A stretch of DNA of 63,999 nucleotides from Dicyema japonicum (GCA_011109175.1 RDEW01000031.1:529217-593215); one strand, 5' to 3'. Positions 12,805-26,355 are shown, counted from the stretch's first letter. Translations and numbers: made by a program. Notes: generated by a model from the sequence alone, not told the origin.

Positions 12805-15800
12805 ATGTCAATTTTCGTCTCTGGTAATAATTTTTAAAATTTATGTAGTTGGTGGGGATTTGAAGTGTTTTTCTTCCTTCAGAGAGATTCTCTCCAGATC
12901 AATTAAAAACCATGACCTATCAATTTCCGACGGACAGTTAAGCGGCATTTACCATTATAGAGTCACCAAACACGTCAAGGTCGAATCTTTGGAATTTGTT
13001 AACTTTTCTGATGAAATATTCGCAGACTCGAACAATTTATGTTCACCAAACATCACCATTGCCCACATTTTTGTGATTAAACAGGTTTTCAGTTATCATC
13101 ACTCCAGGGAAGTGTCAGGGACTTTTTAAGCCGAGAATTAGTGGACTGGATGCTCAAAGTTGCAGCTTCATGTGCCCAAAAGCAGTTCTTTGTTGTTGTT
13201 GTGGCCTGCTGTGATAAAACCAGCTGTATTAGACTCAACTCACTTAATGGGCAGAAAATAAATATTAAAAATAAAAGTGTCAGGGACTTTTTAAGCCGAG
13301 AATTAGTGGACTGGATGCTCAAAGTTGCAGCTTCATGTGCCCAAAAGCAGTTCTTTGTTGTTGTTGTGGCCTGCTGTGATAAAACCAGCTGTATTAGACT
13401 CAACTCACTTAATGGGCAGAAAATAAATATTAAAAATAAAATACTAAAGAAACAGTCAGGGTGTACCAACGGAAAGTTTAGGAAGATGCTGAAAAACTTC
13501 GGTCTTCAAATGTATTTTTATTTGATGACTTAGCCTCCTCGAATTTGCTGGGGGAACCTGTCCCTTAATAAACCACTATGATTTGATGAATTTGACTTCC
13601 AGTTTGGGTGAATTGATCGAAAAGGCCATATCATTCAGAATTAGTCAGTGTAAGCTCGAGGCTGACAGGATTAAACAATCGATGAATGAGTCCCCCAGCA
13701 GCCTCAAGGACTTTATCAGTATTTCTGTATTCCAAATTTTCTATCTCAGTCAGTTTTATCCGATCTGTTCTCTATCATGAACTACAAAGAAAAGTCGGTA
13801 CAGTCTCTTGAGGGGACCATCGAGTCACTTTGGGTTGTATTTTCTGTCGATTCCTTCTGTATTCACTTATTCGTTATTAAAGGTGAAAATTCTGTTCTCA
13901 TGATAAAAAACGAGTTCTTTGGAGGCTTGGTGATTGACCTGAGGGAGGACAAAGACTGGAACCCGAGTAGCTGTCAAATTGACGGAGGGAATTCATGCAA
14001 GTTGGAGAAACTCTCATTTATCATGAGACTTGTGGAAAAGCAGCTAAGGCTTTATATTAAAATGGACAATTGTCAAGTTGCGGTTGAAACTAGACTGGAA
14101 CCCGAGTAGCTGTCAAATAGACGGAGGGAATTCATGCAAGTTGGAGAAACTCTCATTTATCATGAGACTTGTGGAAAAGCAGCTAAGGCTTTATATTAAA
14201 ATGGACAATTGTCAAGTTGCGGTTGAAACTCTGTACACTTTTTTGGAGAGAATTCGAAGTGTTCTAGAAAATGTTGGGGTTATGCTTATTCATAGGTAAT
14301 TCCTGGGGATTTGCTTATCTTGTGGCTTCTGGCCAATTTAAAAGAGACCTACTCCTTCTTTGGGGATTTTATTAACTTGTTTGCTCTTCTACTTCTCAAT
14401 TCACTAAAAAACGCTGTATTTTTGTTATTTATTTTCTTCAGCTGTGGTGGTACAGAAATGAGGGTGAAGGAATGTACGTGTGTTCGGGTTTTAGAATTTC
14501 TAGGCCGATTGATGAGTTTTACTTGGTGAATCAATTGATTTATTGCAGGAAGTTGTTAACAGGATTAAGTCACATTCTAAGAGATATCCAATGGTGGTGG
14601 CTGGACTAACTTTGGAGATTGCTGACTCTCTAATGTTGTGGTTGATAACAATGTAGGCAGCTTGAAGCTTATTCGACAGCAATAACATGGCTTGGATTCT
14701 CCTTCTCCTTGTTTAGCAGTCACAGGTGGAGTGATTTGTCAATCAATGCTCGTAAAATGCTGAGACAGTGTCATGTTAATATAAACTCTGCCAAAGAGTA
14801 TTATTTGTTGTCATTTAGCTATATAACCGACCAGATGTGGCTGTCAATCAACAGACCCTGTGTTAAGGAACGAGTTCTTGCCATGGCTGATTTGAAGGAT
14901 TATCTGGCTGATAGTATGACTTTGCATAAACCTAGAAACTGCAATCTTTGACGACCAGATATGGCTGTCAATCAACAGTCCCTGTGTTAAGGAACGAGTT
15001 CTCGCCATGGCTGATTTGAAGGATTATCTGGCTGATAGTATGACTTTGCATAAATCTAGAAACTGCAATCTTTGAAGTCATTGATGAGTCTGTCTTTGCC
15101 ATTATACTCGAATTAAGCACAGATAAACCTTCTTTTCTGAATATTAGTTTGAAAATTATTAATAATTTGCCTGAACAACTTCATGTTAACTCTTTTCTGC
15201 TTGCTTCCTCCCCTCTTGTAAGTGACCAGCCTCCTGACTTGGTAAATTCCAGTTTGGGGGATAAAACGAGGTTTGTTTCAGCTGAGTGGGGCCGTCCATT
15301 AACCCTTGAATGTGGAAGTACTGAGGTCAGTGCTGTTGTACCGGTAGATTGATGTAATATTGGTTAGTTTGGTCACGTTGGACTATTTCAGGTCTCCCAT
15401 GTTGACTTTCGGTGGAATCAATTGATCTTCTATGTTCCTGTGAGCAAAGTATACACAATTGACACTCGCCCCCATATTCAGCTTATTTGTGGTTGTGGGT
15501 ATTCTCATTTGTAGAGCAAACCCCACAAGTTTGTGTAGTCTCAAAGTTTGAATTGATAATAGGGAATGTACCCTCAGGCACTAATGTTAACGTTCATTCG
15601 CTTTGTGGGTCAATAATATTTGAAGGCACTCCCTTCCTTCTTAAGAAGACGTCGAATCTTATTACATTCATGGCACTTCCCCTCGTTTTTGATGAAAACC
15701 TGTTGTATGAGGGAATTAAGACAACCTCTCGGAAGGTATTTATTGTAGGTTAGTGCAGATTGTCGTCTCAGTCAACGACTACGTTGAAGAGTTTGATTTC

Positions 15801-16203
15801 TTAGTTGATCCCTTCCTACAGATTAACTGCATTGTGAAAAAGTCACAGAATAGGTAGGTGTTGCTGATTAATTAGAAGGAAGTACCTCATTGGGGAGCTG
15901 AGCACTATCATGAGTGATGACTTTATTATTCCTCAGAATATTTCATTGGATGTTTGCAATGTGTATAATTCTCGGCTTTCGGATTTTCGTGGGGTTTTTA
16001 GACCTCTTTATTCTGATATGAAGTGTGATATATTTCCTGGGATTAAGTTGAATTTGGTTTGGGAGTTGAAAGTAGAGAATAACGATAATCCGTGTATTTG
16101 CAATATTACTGCTTTACTGTCTAATAGTTTGGCTGATAATATTTGGCATAAATTACTCATGCAGTTGAATTTTTCTTGTAAATTCAAGGAATCTGAGGAT
16201 TAA
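12805..16203 (+). CDS. Unidentified multi-exon host gene (possibly more than one gene); 3' structure uncertain
   Basis: From ATG 12805, GT-AG micro-introns at 12824-12848, 13085-13107, 13512-13533, 13727-13749, 14273-14295 and 14416-14441 join ORFs 12860, 13141, 13583, 13777 and 14311 in frame, apart from the 139-bp duplicated block. Further plus-strand ORFs run to 16203. No family recognised. Confidence 0.55.
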
Positions 16204-16299
16204 AGTTTTTCTACATTTTATTTTAACATTCTTTTTATTAATTAATTTTTTATTTTCTGCTTTGAAATGACTTTCGAGGGGGTACTCCTCAGACTAGGT

Positions 16300-16900
16300 A
16301 GTGTCTAGTGCTGTCGCTCGAGTCGCATTTAGCCTATAGGTTCGATTCTCACACCAATAACTACTTGGTCGATGAATTCCCCTCTGTTTTTGCTTTCTTC
16401 ACTTCCTAGGACGGTTATTGTATCACCTAGCTCAGGAGACGCCAATGCCTGTTCAGAATCAAAAAAAATTCCGGTTTCCCTACTCCAGTAGAGAGGTTCC
16501 CAAAATGGCGGATACTTCGAATGGACGTGACCCTTGATTAGGATACGTCCCAATTAAACTCGGGAANNNNNNNNNNNNNNNNNNNNNNNNNNNNNNNNNN
16601 NNNNNNNNNNNNNNNNNNNNNNNNNNNNNNNNNNNNNNNNNNNNNNNNNNNNNNNNNNNTTCATGTTTGGCACTGGTTTCCTTCACTTGAAGGGATGAGG
16701 GGGAAATTAATAGTAGGAGTACAACTCCTCTAATCCATTGGTCCCCAATTAGTAGACCGGTGCCTGTCTGTAGACTAAAGTCAATTTTGCAACAATAGCA
16801 ACTGGATTCCCGTACGGATGTTCGAACCTTACTAATCTAAGAGAAGGATTCCCCCCATAATCTTTTTGAATGCGAGCCTTTTAAGTAATTAAAAATAGAA
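16300..16900 (-). mobile_element. CRE-like LINE, N-terminal region (spans an N gap)
   Basis: LIKGHVHSKYPPFWEPL matches the plus-strand copy near 36610-36670 (SKHHVSPYPTLWEPL), which continues into a CRE-type RT. Confidence 0.5.
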
Positions 16901-17279
16901 TACAATATCTCCAACATCCAAATCATATTTTGAGAGATGTACTCCTATTTTCCTATTCATCCTCTTATAATATGAGGACTCCAAATTAATTTTGGAGTTC
17001 ATTTAAAATATTATATTAAACTCAAATTCATCTAAAATATATATTATAGGCACGTAGGCGATGCCAAGATCATNAAAAATAGAATACAATATCTCCAACA
17101 TCCAAATCATATTTTGAGAGATGTACTCCCATTTTCCTATTCATCCTCTTATAATATGAGGACTCCAAATTAATTTTGGAGTTCATCTAAAATATTATAT
17201 TAAACTCAAATTCATCTAAAATATATATTATAGGCACGTAGGCGATGCCAAGATCATTACAAAGCATGTGCAACACGGA

Positions 17280-17900
17280 AAGGTAACAATCTAATTAACA
17301 TCCCCCATCTTTTTCGATCCGTTGCCATGTTCCGTAGCATATCTAGATCATCCCCACCTTTAAGGCACTTTCCAATCCTCTTGAGATCTTCATCCAGAAT
17401 AACTGGCAGTGTTGTCCTCGGCCGGGCGCGGAAACGCGAAGCCTCTAAGACAAAATACTCTTNNNNNNNNNNNNNNNNNNNNNNNNNNNNNNNNNNNNNN
17501 NNNNNNNNNNNNNNNNNNNNNNNNNNNNNNNNNNNNNNNNNNNNNNNNNNNNNNNNNNNNNNNNNNNNNNNNNNNNNNNNNNNNNNNNNNNNNNNNNNCG
17601 CGGAAACGCGAAGCCTCTAAGATAAAATAGTCCTCCATTGTTATGTTGGTAGGAGTCTCCATATCGTGGCAGAGTATGTGTCCAAAGAGCCTCCATCTTG
17701 AATCAGTAATATCACATGATATTGGCTCAGTTCCTGTTCTCTTGTATAAGATTTCGGACGACATTTTGAAAAAGCTTCGGGAAGAAAGGAGTGCTCGGAG
17801 ATGATTTTAACTTTTCGACTTCCTGCCTTGTAAATGCCCATGTACCGGCATTATATAATAGGATTGGCCTTACTAGGGCATTGTATAGTCTCATTCAAGT
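17280..17900 (-). mobile_element. RTE-clade LINE fragment
   Basis: SRWRLFGHILCHDMETPTNITMEDYF, homologous to ORF 7620-8198. Confidence 0.7.
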
Positions 17901-18989
17901 TTTACTCTTATTTTTTTAGTTTGAAACTTGTTGTCACTTCTTCCAAAGTTATTTCTGCGTCTAGTCCAGGGGTTCTCANCCCATGTACCGGCATTATATA
18001 ATAGGATTGGCCTTACTAGGGCATTGTATAGTCTCATTCGAGTTTTACTCTTATTTTTTTAGATTGAAACTTGCTGTCACTTCTTCCAAAGTTATTTCTT
18101 TGTCTAGTCTCTTGAGATATCCGATTGATATCTTATATTTTGAAAGGTCTTCACAAAGTTCTTTTCTTTTCCATGCACTAGAGAGTTCTCTGACATTGAA
18201 CCTTAAAAGAGTCCTTTAGATTGCAATTTTTGTGTTTTTCAGGCATAACTTTCATGAGGGACGTCACCACCTCAACCTAAAAGAGATCCAAATAACTTTC
18301 GGAAAATTCAAAAAAGGAATCCAGGCGAGATTCACTCACAAATGTACAAGTTTGTATACTGATGTGGTGACTATTTCACGGAATACTTGAGAGACATTAG
18401 ATATACCAATCGATATTCTCTATATTTGATTCTCTTCTGCCATAAANNNNNNNNNNNNNNNNNNNNNNNNNNNNNNNNNNNNNNNNNNNNNNNNNNNNNN
18501 NNNNNNNNNNNNNNNNNNNNNNNNNNNNNNNNNNNNNNNNNACTTGAGAGACATTAGATATACTAATCGATATTCTCTATATTTGATTCTCTTCTGCCAT
18601 AAATTGGGGGAGCATAGACATGTATGCTTTGATGAAGGGGAATTATTGTTTATCTCCAATGCCCTTAATAATAATGTTACGAGTTTTGTAACTTTGCTCT
18701 GAGCAATCAAAGATATTATTGAATTGATGTACAAGGTCACAAAGATCTAGATTTTTGGATTCGAGAAATTCAACAGAGAGATACCATAGAGATTGGTGAA
18801 TCCCACTCAGGGATTGGTGGGTCCTTGTGGTGAATTAAGCAATACAGCATTTTTCCTTAGTAAGGTCAGTCCAAATAATAATAACAGCCACTTCACGAGA
18901 AATAGTCAGGACAAACACTTTAATGAAGTTATATTAACTAATCGTATTTATTATTCAGGAGATTGGTGGGTCCTTGTGGTGAATTAAGC

Positions 18990-19770
18990 AATACAACATT
19001 TTTCCTTAGTAAGGTCAGTCCAAATAATAATAACAGCCACTTCACGAGAAATAGGCAGGACAAACACTTTAATGAAGTTATATTAACTAATCGTATTTAT
19101 TATTAACCCCAGGCTTACCATTGTAAGAACAGCACAAACAGTCATAACTAACTAATCCAAGGAAGGAACCAAAGGAAGAACATCTGCTTATGTCGACCAA
19201 ATCCATCTTCCAATACTTCATTACAGGCTTCCGTTTTTGAAAAGAAGTGGAGAAGTAGGTCCGCCCTCTTCCATTTTTGTCCCACGTCCTACCGTCACGG
19301 TCATCACTTCATTCTTTAGCGGAATAGTTTTCATAATGCAATCTTCATCAGAGGATTTGGTCAGGGAGATAGGTAGAAGATCCCTTTTAACTATTGTGTC
19401 GTGCCAGAAGGACTCGTCGCCTCACAGATGGGATCTGTTTGAAAAGAATTGACTTTCGCTGAAAACTTCATCTTTCGGATTCGAACCCACGACCTTCAGA
19501 TCCGATGTCATCATTACATTCAGCCAGAAGGCCAACTAATCGTAGAAACGGAGAAGGAACCAGGAATGTCATTTAACTTCTTTTTTTCTTTTTCTTGCAT
19601 GCATTTCGATTCCGACGATCCAATTGCAAAGTAAAGTATCCATTGATGATGACGTCACTCGTCATACCCAAAGCATCATATTTCATGGAAACTTCAGCCG
19701 GAATGTATAGCAGCGAGATTCAAATCTGTGGCCATCAGCATTTATGAGCTAGGCCGGTCTAAACAAGGAA
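18990..19770 (-). mobile_element. SINE family 1 copy split by a family 2 insertion (parts 18990-19095 and 19534-19770)
   Basis: Both halves align to 33105-33434 and are joined at the duplicated aactaatcgta. Confidence 0.7.
19096..19533 (-). mobile_element. Full-length tRNA-derived SINE, family 2 (438 bp)
   Basis: Minus strand starts GGCCTTCTGGCTGAATG (A-box-like), contains the B box GGTTCGAATCC and ends GGGGTTAATAATAAA. 11-bp TSD aactaatcgta at 19085-19095 and 19534-19544. Confidence 0.85.
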
Positions 19771-20229
19771 TTTAGAATTTCAGATTGAAACTGCCTTAAA
19801 ATATAAAAAAGTGATGTGAGCGTGTGTTGCAGAAAAAATAAGCGTCTTGTGGAAACAACGAAGTCATCTGACAAATGTTAATTGCCTTATCATAACTCAG
19901 AAACGTGGGATTTCCTGATCTGTTTATGATTTCTTCCACGTCGTGTGTGTCAAACTATCTCAGGTCGNAGCGAGATTCAAATCTGTGGCCATCAGCACTT
20001 ATGAGCTAGGCCGGTCTAAACAAGGAATTTAGAATTTCAGATTGAAACTGCCTTAAAATATAAAAAAGTGATGTGAGCGTGTGTTGCAGAAAAAATAAGC
20101 GTCTCGTGGAAACATCGAAGTCATCTGACAAATGTTAATTGCCTTATCATAACTCAGAAACGTGGGATTTCCTGTGCTGTTTATGATTTCTTCCACGTCG
20201 TATGTGTCAAACTATCTCAGGTCGCTGTG

Positions 20230-21120
20230 GACACAATTGTTGCATAGCCCTCCCTGCCTTTGCCTATGGAAAAAGAATTTTTCGTACTTAAAAGAGTGTT
20301 AACTCATCCCCCAGTCGTCTCACAATCAATCTTGCGTCAGAGCGACGTTCTTCACATATCACATACCATCCCGGTGAAGATTCCTAAGGCTGCTGAGTCT
20401 CCAATACGAGCGAGGATGCCCTTCGGACTAAGTCGATACAGGATTGCGTGTTTTTTTCTCGTTTTGCGCCTTCTACGCTGGGACTTACTCCAAATTGTTA
20501 CTGACAAGAGTCTCCCACTGTTGTCATGAATTCACTTCCCTCACTACTTTACTTTTTTAACAAGATATGGGAGACACTAAGTTCAAACAAGAAAGAAGTT
20601 CTCCCTATCAAGAGAACTGTCCTTTCTAAGTTATTAGAAGGTGGAACACGTGCAGCCATCAAGGGACTTACGTCAAGTGTACCACGCAAACTAACTTCCG
20701 ATACCTACACCATTTGGTTCACAAACTCGATTTTCTCCACTAAGAGGTCCACCATGTCCTATTTCCATCCAACCGGATAGCCTTCGACAAAAAAGAGACA
20801 GGGATCGCTCAATTCGGGTCCGGTTTGTCTTCAGGAGGTTGAATGCCAGGATTGCCTTCAATTTTCTATCCCTCTTATAAAGTGTTGGAACTACCTTCCC
20901 TCCTATCTCATTTGAAAGTTGACATTGCCATCATTCAAGAATCGAAACTCTCTAGAACATCACCAACCTTTTGTTTTTTTGGAAATTGTATACTTCGCAA
21001 GGACCGGACAAGAAGTCTCGGAGGAGGATTATTGAAAATCGTTAAGAATGGACTTAAATTTACCCCATTTGTATCTTCTCTGCGAATAGGGATTTTATTT
21101 TGAAACAGATTCATATTGAA
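20230..21120 (+). mobile_element. I/Jockey-like LINE 5' region with degraded APE endonuclease
   Basis: ORF 20843: KVDIAIIQESKLS...ILRKDRTRSLGGGLL. Confidence 0.7.
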
Positions 21121-21123
21121 AAA

Positions 21124-21320
21124 TGGCAAAAGTGGCTTAGGTCACGCGTTCGATTCTCGCAGCTGTTCACTTGGTGGAAGGTTCCACGCATCTACGATGA
21201 CACACACCCAAAAAAAACAAAGAAGTGAAGAGCATTCCTTGGTTCTCCCTCTACCATTAGTTAACTGTTCTTTACTTAAATAAAGTGTGTGTTCTGCACG
21301 AGCAAAACCATAGGCATTTT
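21124..21320 (+). mobile_element. SINE family 1, internally deleted copy
   Basis: gcgttcgattctcgcagctgttcacttggtggaaggttccacgcatctacgatg plus the shared tail. Confidence 0.75.
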
Positions 21321-21479
21321 ACGTGCTTATGACAATGCGGTAGTGCTTACTTTTTTTTTGTCCGACAAGATGTTTTACATTTTGTAACGTTTATATCTCC
21401 TCAGAGGTCGTATACTACTTCTTATATCCCCAACCTATCGAGATTGTGTGGACTAAAGGATATGTTACTATAAGGATAC

Positions 21480-23040
21480 TTAAATGTCAAACATCCGCTC
21501 TGGCTCCGGATACAATCAGCCGACAATCGCGGTGAGTAAATCCTATCTATACTTTAAGAATTAACTATTCCCAATAATCCGGATTCCCATACGAGGATTC
21601 CAATCTGAAGAGAGGACATCCCAACCTCTCCGAACTTGTCATGTACTTCCTTCCTTGCTGGATATCTTTCGTAGGATGTTCGTTATGGTTTTACAAGCAT
21701 CCATAACCTAATTGTGTTAAAACTCAAAAGATCTATTTGTTTGCCAAAATGTTCTATTCTAAAACTAACTGGATTGGTTTCAGCACGTTTGTGGATAGTT
21801 GTCATTATACTTCGCTGTTGAAAACTTTCATATTGACAAGGCAGCTCTGATAATCTTGAGAACCATATCCCTCAATCGTATTACAAAACATTCATCCGAA
21901 ACTATCTCCGGGAATCATGGTACTTATCAAGAAACAGGATGCCTTGAAGAAACCGGAATGCAATCAGATGAATATATCGTCCCAACTAATCTGTGCTAAC
22001 CACAAAAATTCGTGTGGCACCTTCTGGAAGACACTGAATAGTATCAACAGTCTTATAAAGGAAGAAGGCGGTGCAGTGAAAGTCGTTACCCCCCAATTTC
22101 TTTGAAACCTACACGGAAACTTTCATAATAATCCTATGAAATATTATGTGTCCTAACGTCGCAAACATCACTTCATTCTTCGACGAAAATTTCTTACATG
22201 GAAGCAGGCCACACTACCGGTCAAATTCTGCGGTCTGGGAATTCATAACTATAGATATTTCTCTCTCTGCGCATTTCTCGTCACTGATGGCATACGATCC
22301 CCTTGTCAAGAGGATTCTACACTCCCTCCCCGAATTCTCTACTGACTAAAACGTCGTCACGCACGTGAATTTTGGAATCGTACTTAACTGTTTTCCCTCC
22401 ACCCCTGAACTCTCAACGGAGTCTGGAAAATGTCGTGTGCCGAAAGTCATACTGGTGTCATCTAAGAAACATAGTCTTGCTCGCTTGTTATCGAGAACGT
22501 CTTCCGAAAGTGGAGCCTGGTTCAAAGCCATTCCAAGTGGATTTTGGGGCACTTTTCTAGATGATGAATGCGTTCGTATTGGGATCTCATTACAGACGCG
22601 GTGACCAGATTGAATGTTTTTGTCTCCACCCGCTCACCTGTAAGAAGACTGCTAGAAGATCTTCCAGACACATGGCTCTAAACAAAGTCGACACAATTCT
22701 ATGCTCAAATCAGTACGCCTATGCAGATGTGACGGAAGACGACCCAATACCATCTTTCCTCTGAAGCCTGGAAACCTCTTGTCCGGAGATCTACTCTGTC
22801 ACTGATAAAGTCGAGAGATCAAAACGAACAAAATACGAATTCCTATACGAGGATATTTTGTTCTGGTTGTATTTGAAATATCCGTGCCTCGACGCTCGAA
22901 TTCCTGGGACATCTAATGAATGGGATTTCCACACACACAGGATATATTTGCTAGCGCTCCTAATTATTTGAGCTAATCTCGCTCACAAACCAGAGAGAGA
23001 ACATCCACGCAGCTAAAGGAGCTGCCGTATGACCCTTGGA
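21480..23040 (+). mobile_element. CRE-like LINE, degraded and internally deleted
   Basis: LARLLSRTSSESGAWFKAIPSGFWGTFLDDECVRIGISL, a motif I associate with CRE-clade C-termini. Confidence 0.65.
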
Positions 23041-23693
23041 TTGATTGTTTCTTGATAAAATAAATAGCTGTTTTAACGACAAAATATTAGAACGTGAAAA
23101 AAATTGAAATAAGATAAAGAATAAGAATTTCAGTGCACTGGTCTCTATATACCAACCTAGTGGTTACTTGGTAAAGTGGCGACGTATTTTCACACGAATG
23201 TTTGAAACTCTTCATTAAGGGCTTGGTCTTCCTTCCTCTTGCATGAATGAATGACAGACTCAGGAGGCGTCGCAACCTAAAGCTCAAAGCGACAAAAGTA
23301 GGAACTATCGAATCCCGTCTACTCGAAAGCGAAAGAACTTGGATTATCCGTGGTGATGCATGCATAACGAGTCCATCATTCATTAGATAGACTGATATAT
23401 TTTTGGAGGAATAAATCGAAATCACGTTTAAATGACTGAATTATCTTGGAGGTAACGCCCATGTCACTAATCAATAAATCCAAAAACCAGAATTTATTGT
23501 GGAAATTAAGGCGATATGCTCGCTATTTCACAGCTTTATTTTCACGGAAGGAAAATAGATGCAAACCATAATTTAGTAAATTAGATGCGAAAAAAAATGG
23601 GAAATAATAATTTCAATAAAATTGTAATAATTATTTTAAATATTAATTTTCGATAAAATAATAGCCTCGTGTTGTTTTCATTACTGCTTACAC

Positions 23694-25103
23694 ATGGAAG
23701 TGGTTGGTTTATGTTGCTATTACTTAATCAAATATTTGTTAATTTTTGTAGCAAAACCTAATTGAGAAGACTATAACAGAGAGTGGAATGCACCTCACCA
23801 CCACCGTACTACCTTATCTGTATTTTTAGGAAGACATCAAGGTTTTCGAGAACTTTGATGAAATGGGCCTTAAAATGGAGTTACTCAGGGGGATATTTTC
23901 CTCTGGCTTTGAGATACCTTCCCCAATCCAGCAACGAGCCATCGTCCCCTGCTACAATGGTACTGATAGACTCTTCACTGTAGGACGCGACTGCATCATC
24001 CAGGCACAGTCAGGTACAGGAAAAACTGCTACTTTTTCGATTGCCACGGTCCAACGGGTTCTCGAGGCTTACCAGAATGATCCCGTCCACAAATGCAGGG
24101 CCATAATTCTGTCCCCCACGAGGGAGTTGGCAACGCAGTCATACAACGTTATGCTTCAGCTTACAAGACATTGTCAGGTTGGATGAGTACTTCATTAGTG
24201 GTAGTTGTCTTGCAAGGCTGTCGTCGGCGGACGGAATGTTAGGGAGAATATCAACGATATGCGTGAAGGAGCCGATATTGTTGTGGGAACCCCCGGGAGA
24301 GTTCTTCACTTGTTAGACCAAGGACATATTAGGCTCAACTGCCTTTTAATGATGATCCTGGACGAAGCAGACGAGATGTTATCCAAGGGATTCCGAGAAG
24401 CCATGTCCACACTGATATCTCGGATGCCTGAGACTGGACAGGTTGTCCTGGTTTCCGCCACTCTTCCCGATGAGGTCCTCGAAATGACCAATAAGTTCCT
24501 TGTTTCACCTTTCCGTATTCTCGTAAAGAGAACTGAGCTGTCCCTTTCAGGTATAAGACAGTATTATGTGACGATATCAAACCAGGTTAATGGGGGATTA
24601 ATAATCATAGAATACTAAGGTGGATGTACTTAAAATGATATACAACAACGTCTCCATCTCCAAAGCTGTGATTTTCTGCAACAGTATTAGTGGTGTTAAG
24701 ACCCTGACTAATATATTGAAGGAGGAGAAGTACCCGGTTGAGGCGATTGTATTTGTGTTTAATGATGGTAGCATGGACAAATGGACCAGACTGAACGAGA
24801 TCGGGCCATTAATGAGTTTAGGTCGGAGAACTGCAGGATGCTGATATCGAGTGATCTTCTTTCGAGGGGATTGGATCTTCAACACGTTAATTTGGTTATA
24901 AACTTTGATGTGCCAAATGATAGACAGTCTTATTTACACAGGTGGTTGGTTGATTGAGTAGTAGGATTGGGCGAAGTGGAAGATATGGGAGAAAGGGGAC
25001 AGCTATTAATTTCGTGACTGAGGATGACCGTCGTCTATTGAGTGATATACAGGAGCATTATGGTATCACAATTGGAGAGCTCCCTTCTGGGGTTGAGCTA
25101 TAA
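23694..25103 (+). CDS. EIF4A: eIF4A-family DEAD-box RNA helicase (divergent); first exon uncertain
   Basis: Q motif [52 protein letters not shown]. Introns: 23806-23829, 23960-23983, 24178-24204, 24586-24610, 24749-24771, 24942-24964. Frame is open from 23830 to TAA 25103. Confidence 0.92.
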
Positions 25104-25379
25104 TTTATTAATTATGTTCTTGTCTGACGTTCTTTGTTATTGAATGACTGCTGTCACTTATTCTATTGTTTATTCTACCTAGGTTTAATTATGTAACCCC
25201 TCAATTTGTTATGTAATCAATATATTTTTAATTATTCTTTATCGACTACTTTTTTAAATCAATTTGATTTACTGTTAACCATCGACAAATATAATTGGTG
25301 GTTCATATAGTATCTCAGCAAAATTGTCGATCAGGAGCCATCTGATGCAAATAAAAAGTATCATATTCGTCAATGTGCA

Positions 25380-26350
25380 TATTCCATCTGACACAAAATT
25401 ATAGGAACAAGAGATTTACCTTGTTATTATTATTCCTACAGGACAATTGGGTTAAATGATAGAAAAATCCTCTACTAATTAATCTTAAATCGACAAGGAG
25501 GGGGCCGATACTGGCAAGAACAGGGATCCTGTGCTTCTCTTTCCATCGGAGATAATGGCAGCTCTTATTTGAAAGAAATTTTTAAGGGGGGTCATTCGTC
25601 TCAGACAAATTGGAGTTATCCGAAAAACGGCATTCAAAGTTACGGAACGATTGACTTTTGAAAAGGTCTCCTCTCCAAATCCTCCGGAATTTCAAAGGGC
25701 ATGCCCGTGTAAATACGATTACCTGGTTCTACCCTCTATATGTGCTTGTGTGGGGTTTCCAATTTTTCCTCCAACTTTCATCAATTTAATTCCCTGTTGT
25801 TCTTGTGTGTTCAGTCTATTTTATGCGCAACGACAAGGGATTTTTTTTATAAAAAATGTGCAAGTTCCTGATCAAATTTTACACAAAATTTATATCATCT
25901 GCGTATATAATCTCTATCGACACATATCAATTGCATTTTATTCTAAGAGCTCTTAATACCGTCTCCAGGCATACGACGTAAAAAACCGGAGATAGAATCC
26001 TTCTGGGGTGATACAACTGTTGACCCGAAATGCATCGATATAGAGTTCCCAACTCGTGCATCAGTTCAGTATTAGACAATATGAAACGAGTCTTGTGTTA
26101 CCAAGGAAACTAGCATAACGTCCAACAATATATGTGCTGGACTTGTCCACTCCTAGAATTTTGAAATCACTATTGTATCGTTGACACAGGTCCTGAAAAA
26201 TATTCCTCAATAATCTCACCATTGCGGGGGTGAAAACATTAATTATGGATATAAAGGAATTATCTGTGCTCACACTTTTAATCTGAAGTACTCCTATTCT
26301 GTCATTAACCCTCCAAAATATGTGGATTCCCCCATCAAGACATTTACTGG
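25380..26350 (-). mobile_element. RTE-like LINE remnants (APE and RT pieces)
   Basis: VNDRIGVLQIK...ISIINVFTP in ORF 26061-26384, and IIYADDINFV near 25890. Confidence 0.55.
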
Positions 26351-26355
26351 GCTTA

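Noticed and set aside
12440-20220. N-free tandem duplications (12440-12720, 18800-19090, 19720-20220) as biological repeats
   Set aside because: Same size range and character as the single-N overlaps, so most likely closed assembly overlaps.
23087-23425. Minus-strand 112-aa ORF upstream of eIF4A as a gene
   Set aside because: No recognisable homology, and I could not build a consistent spliced model.
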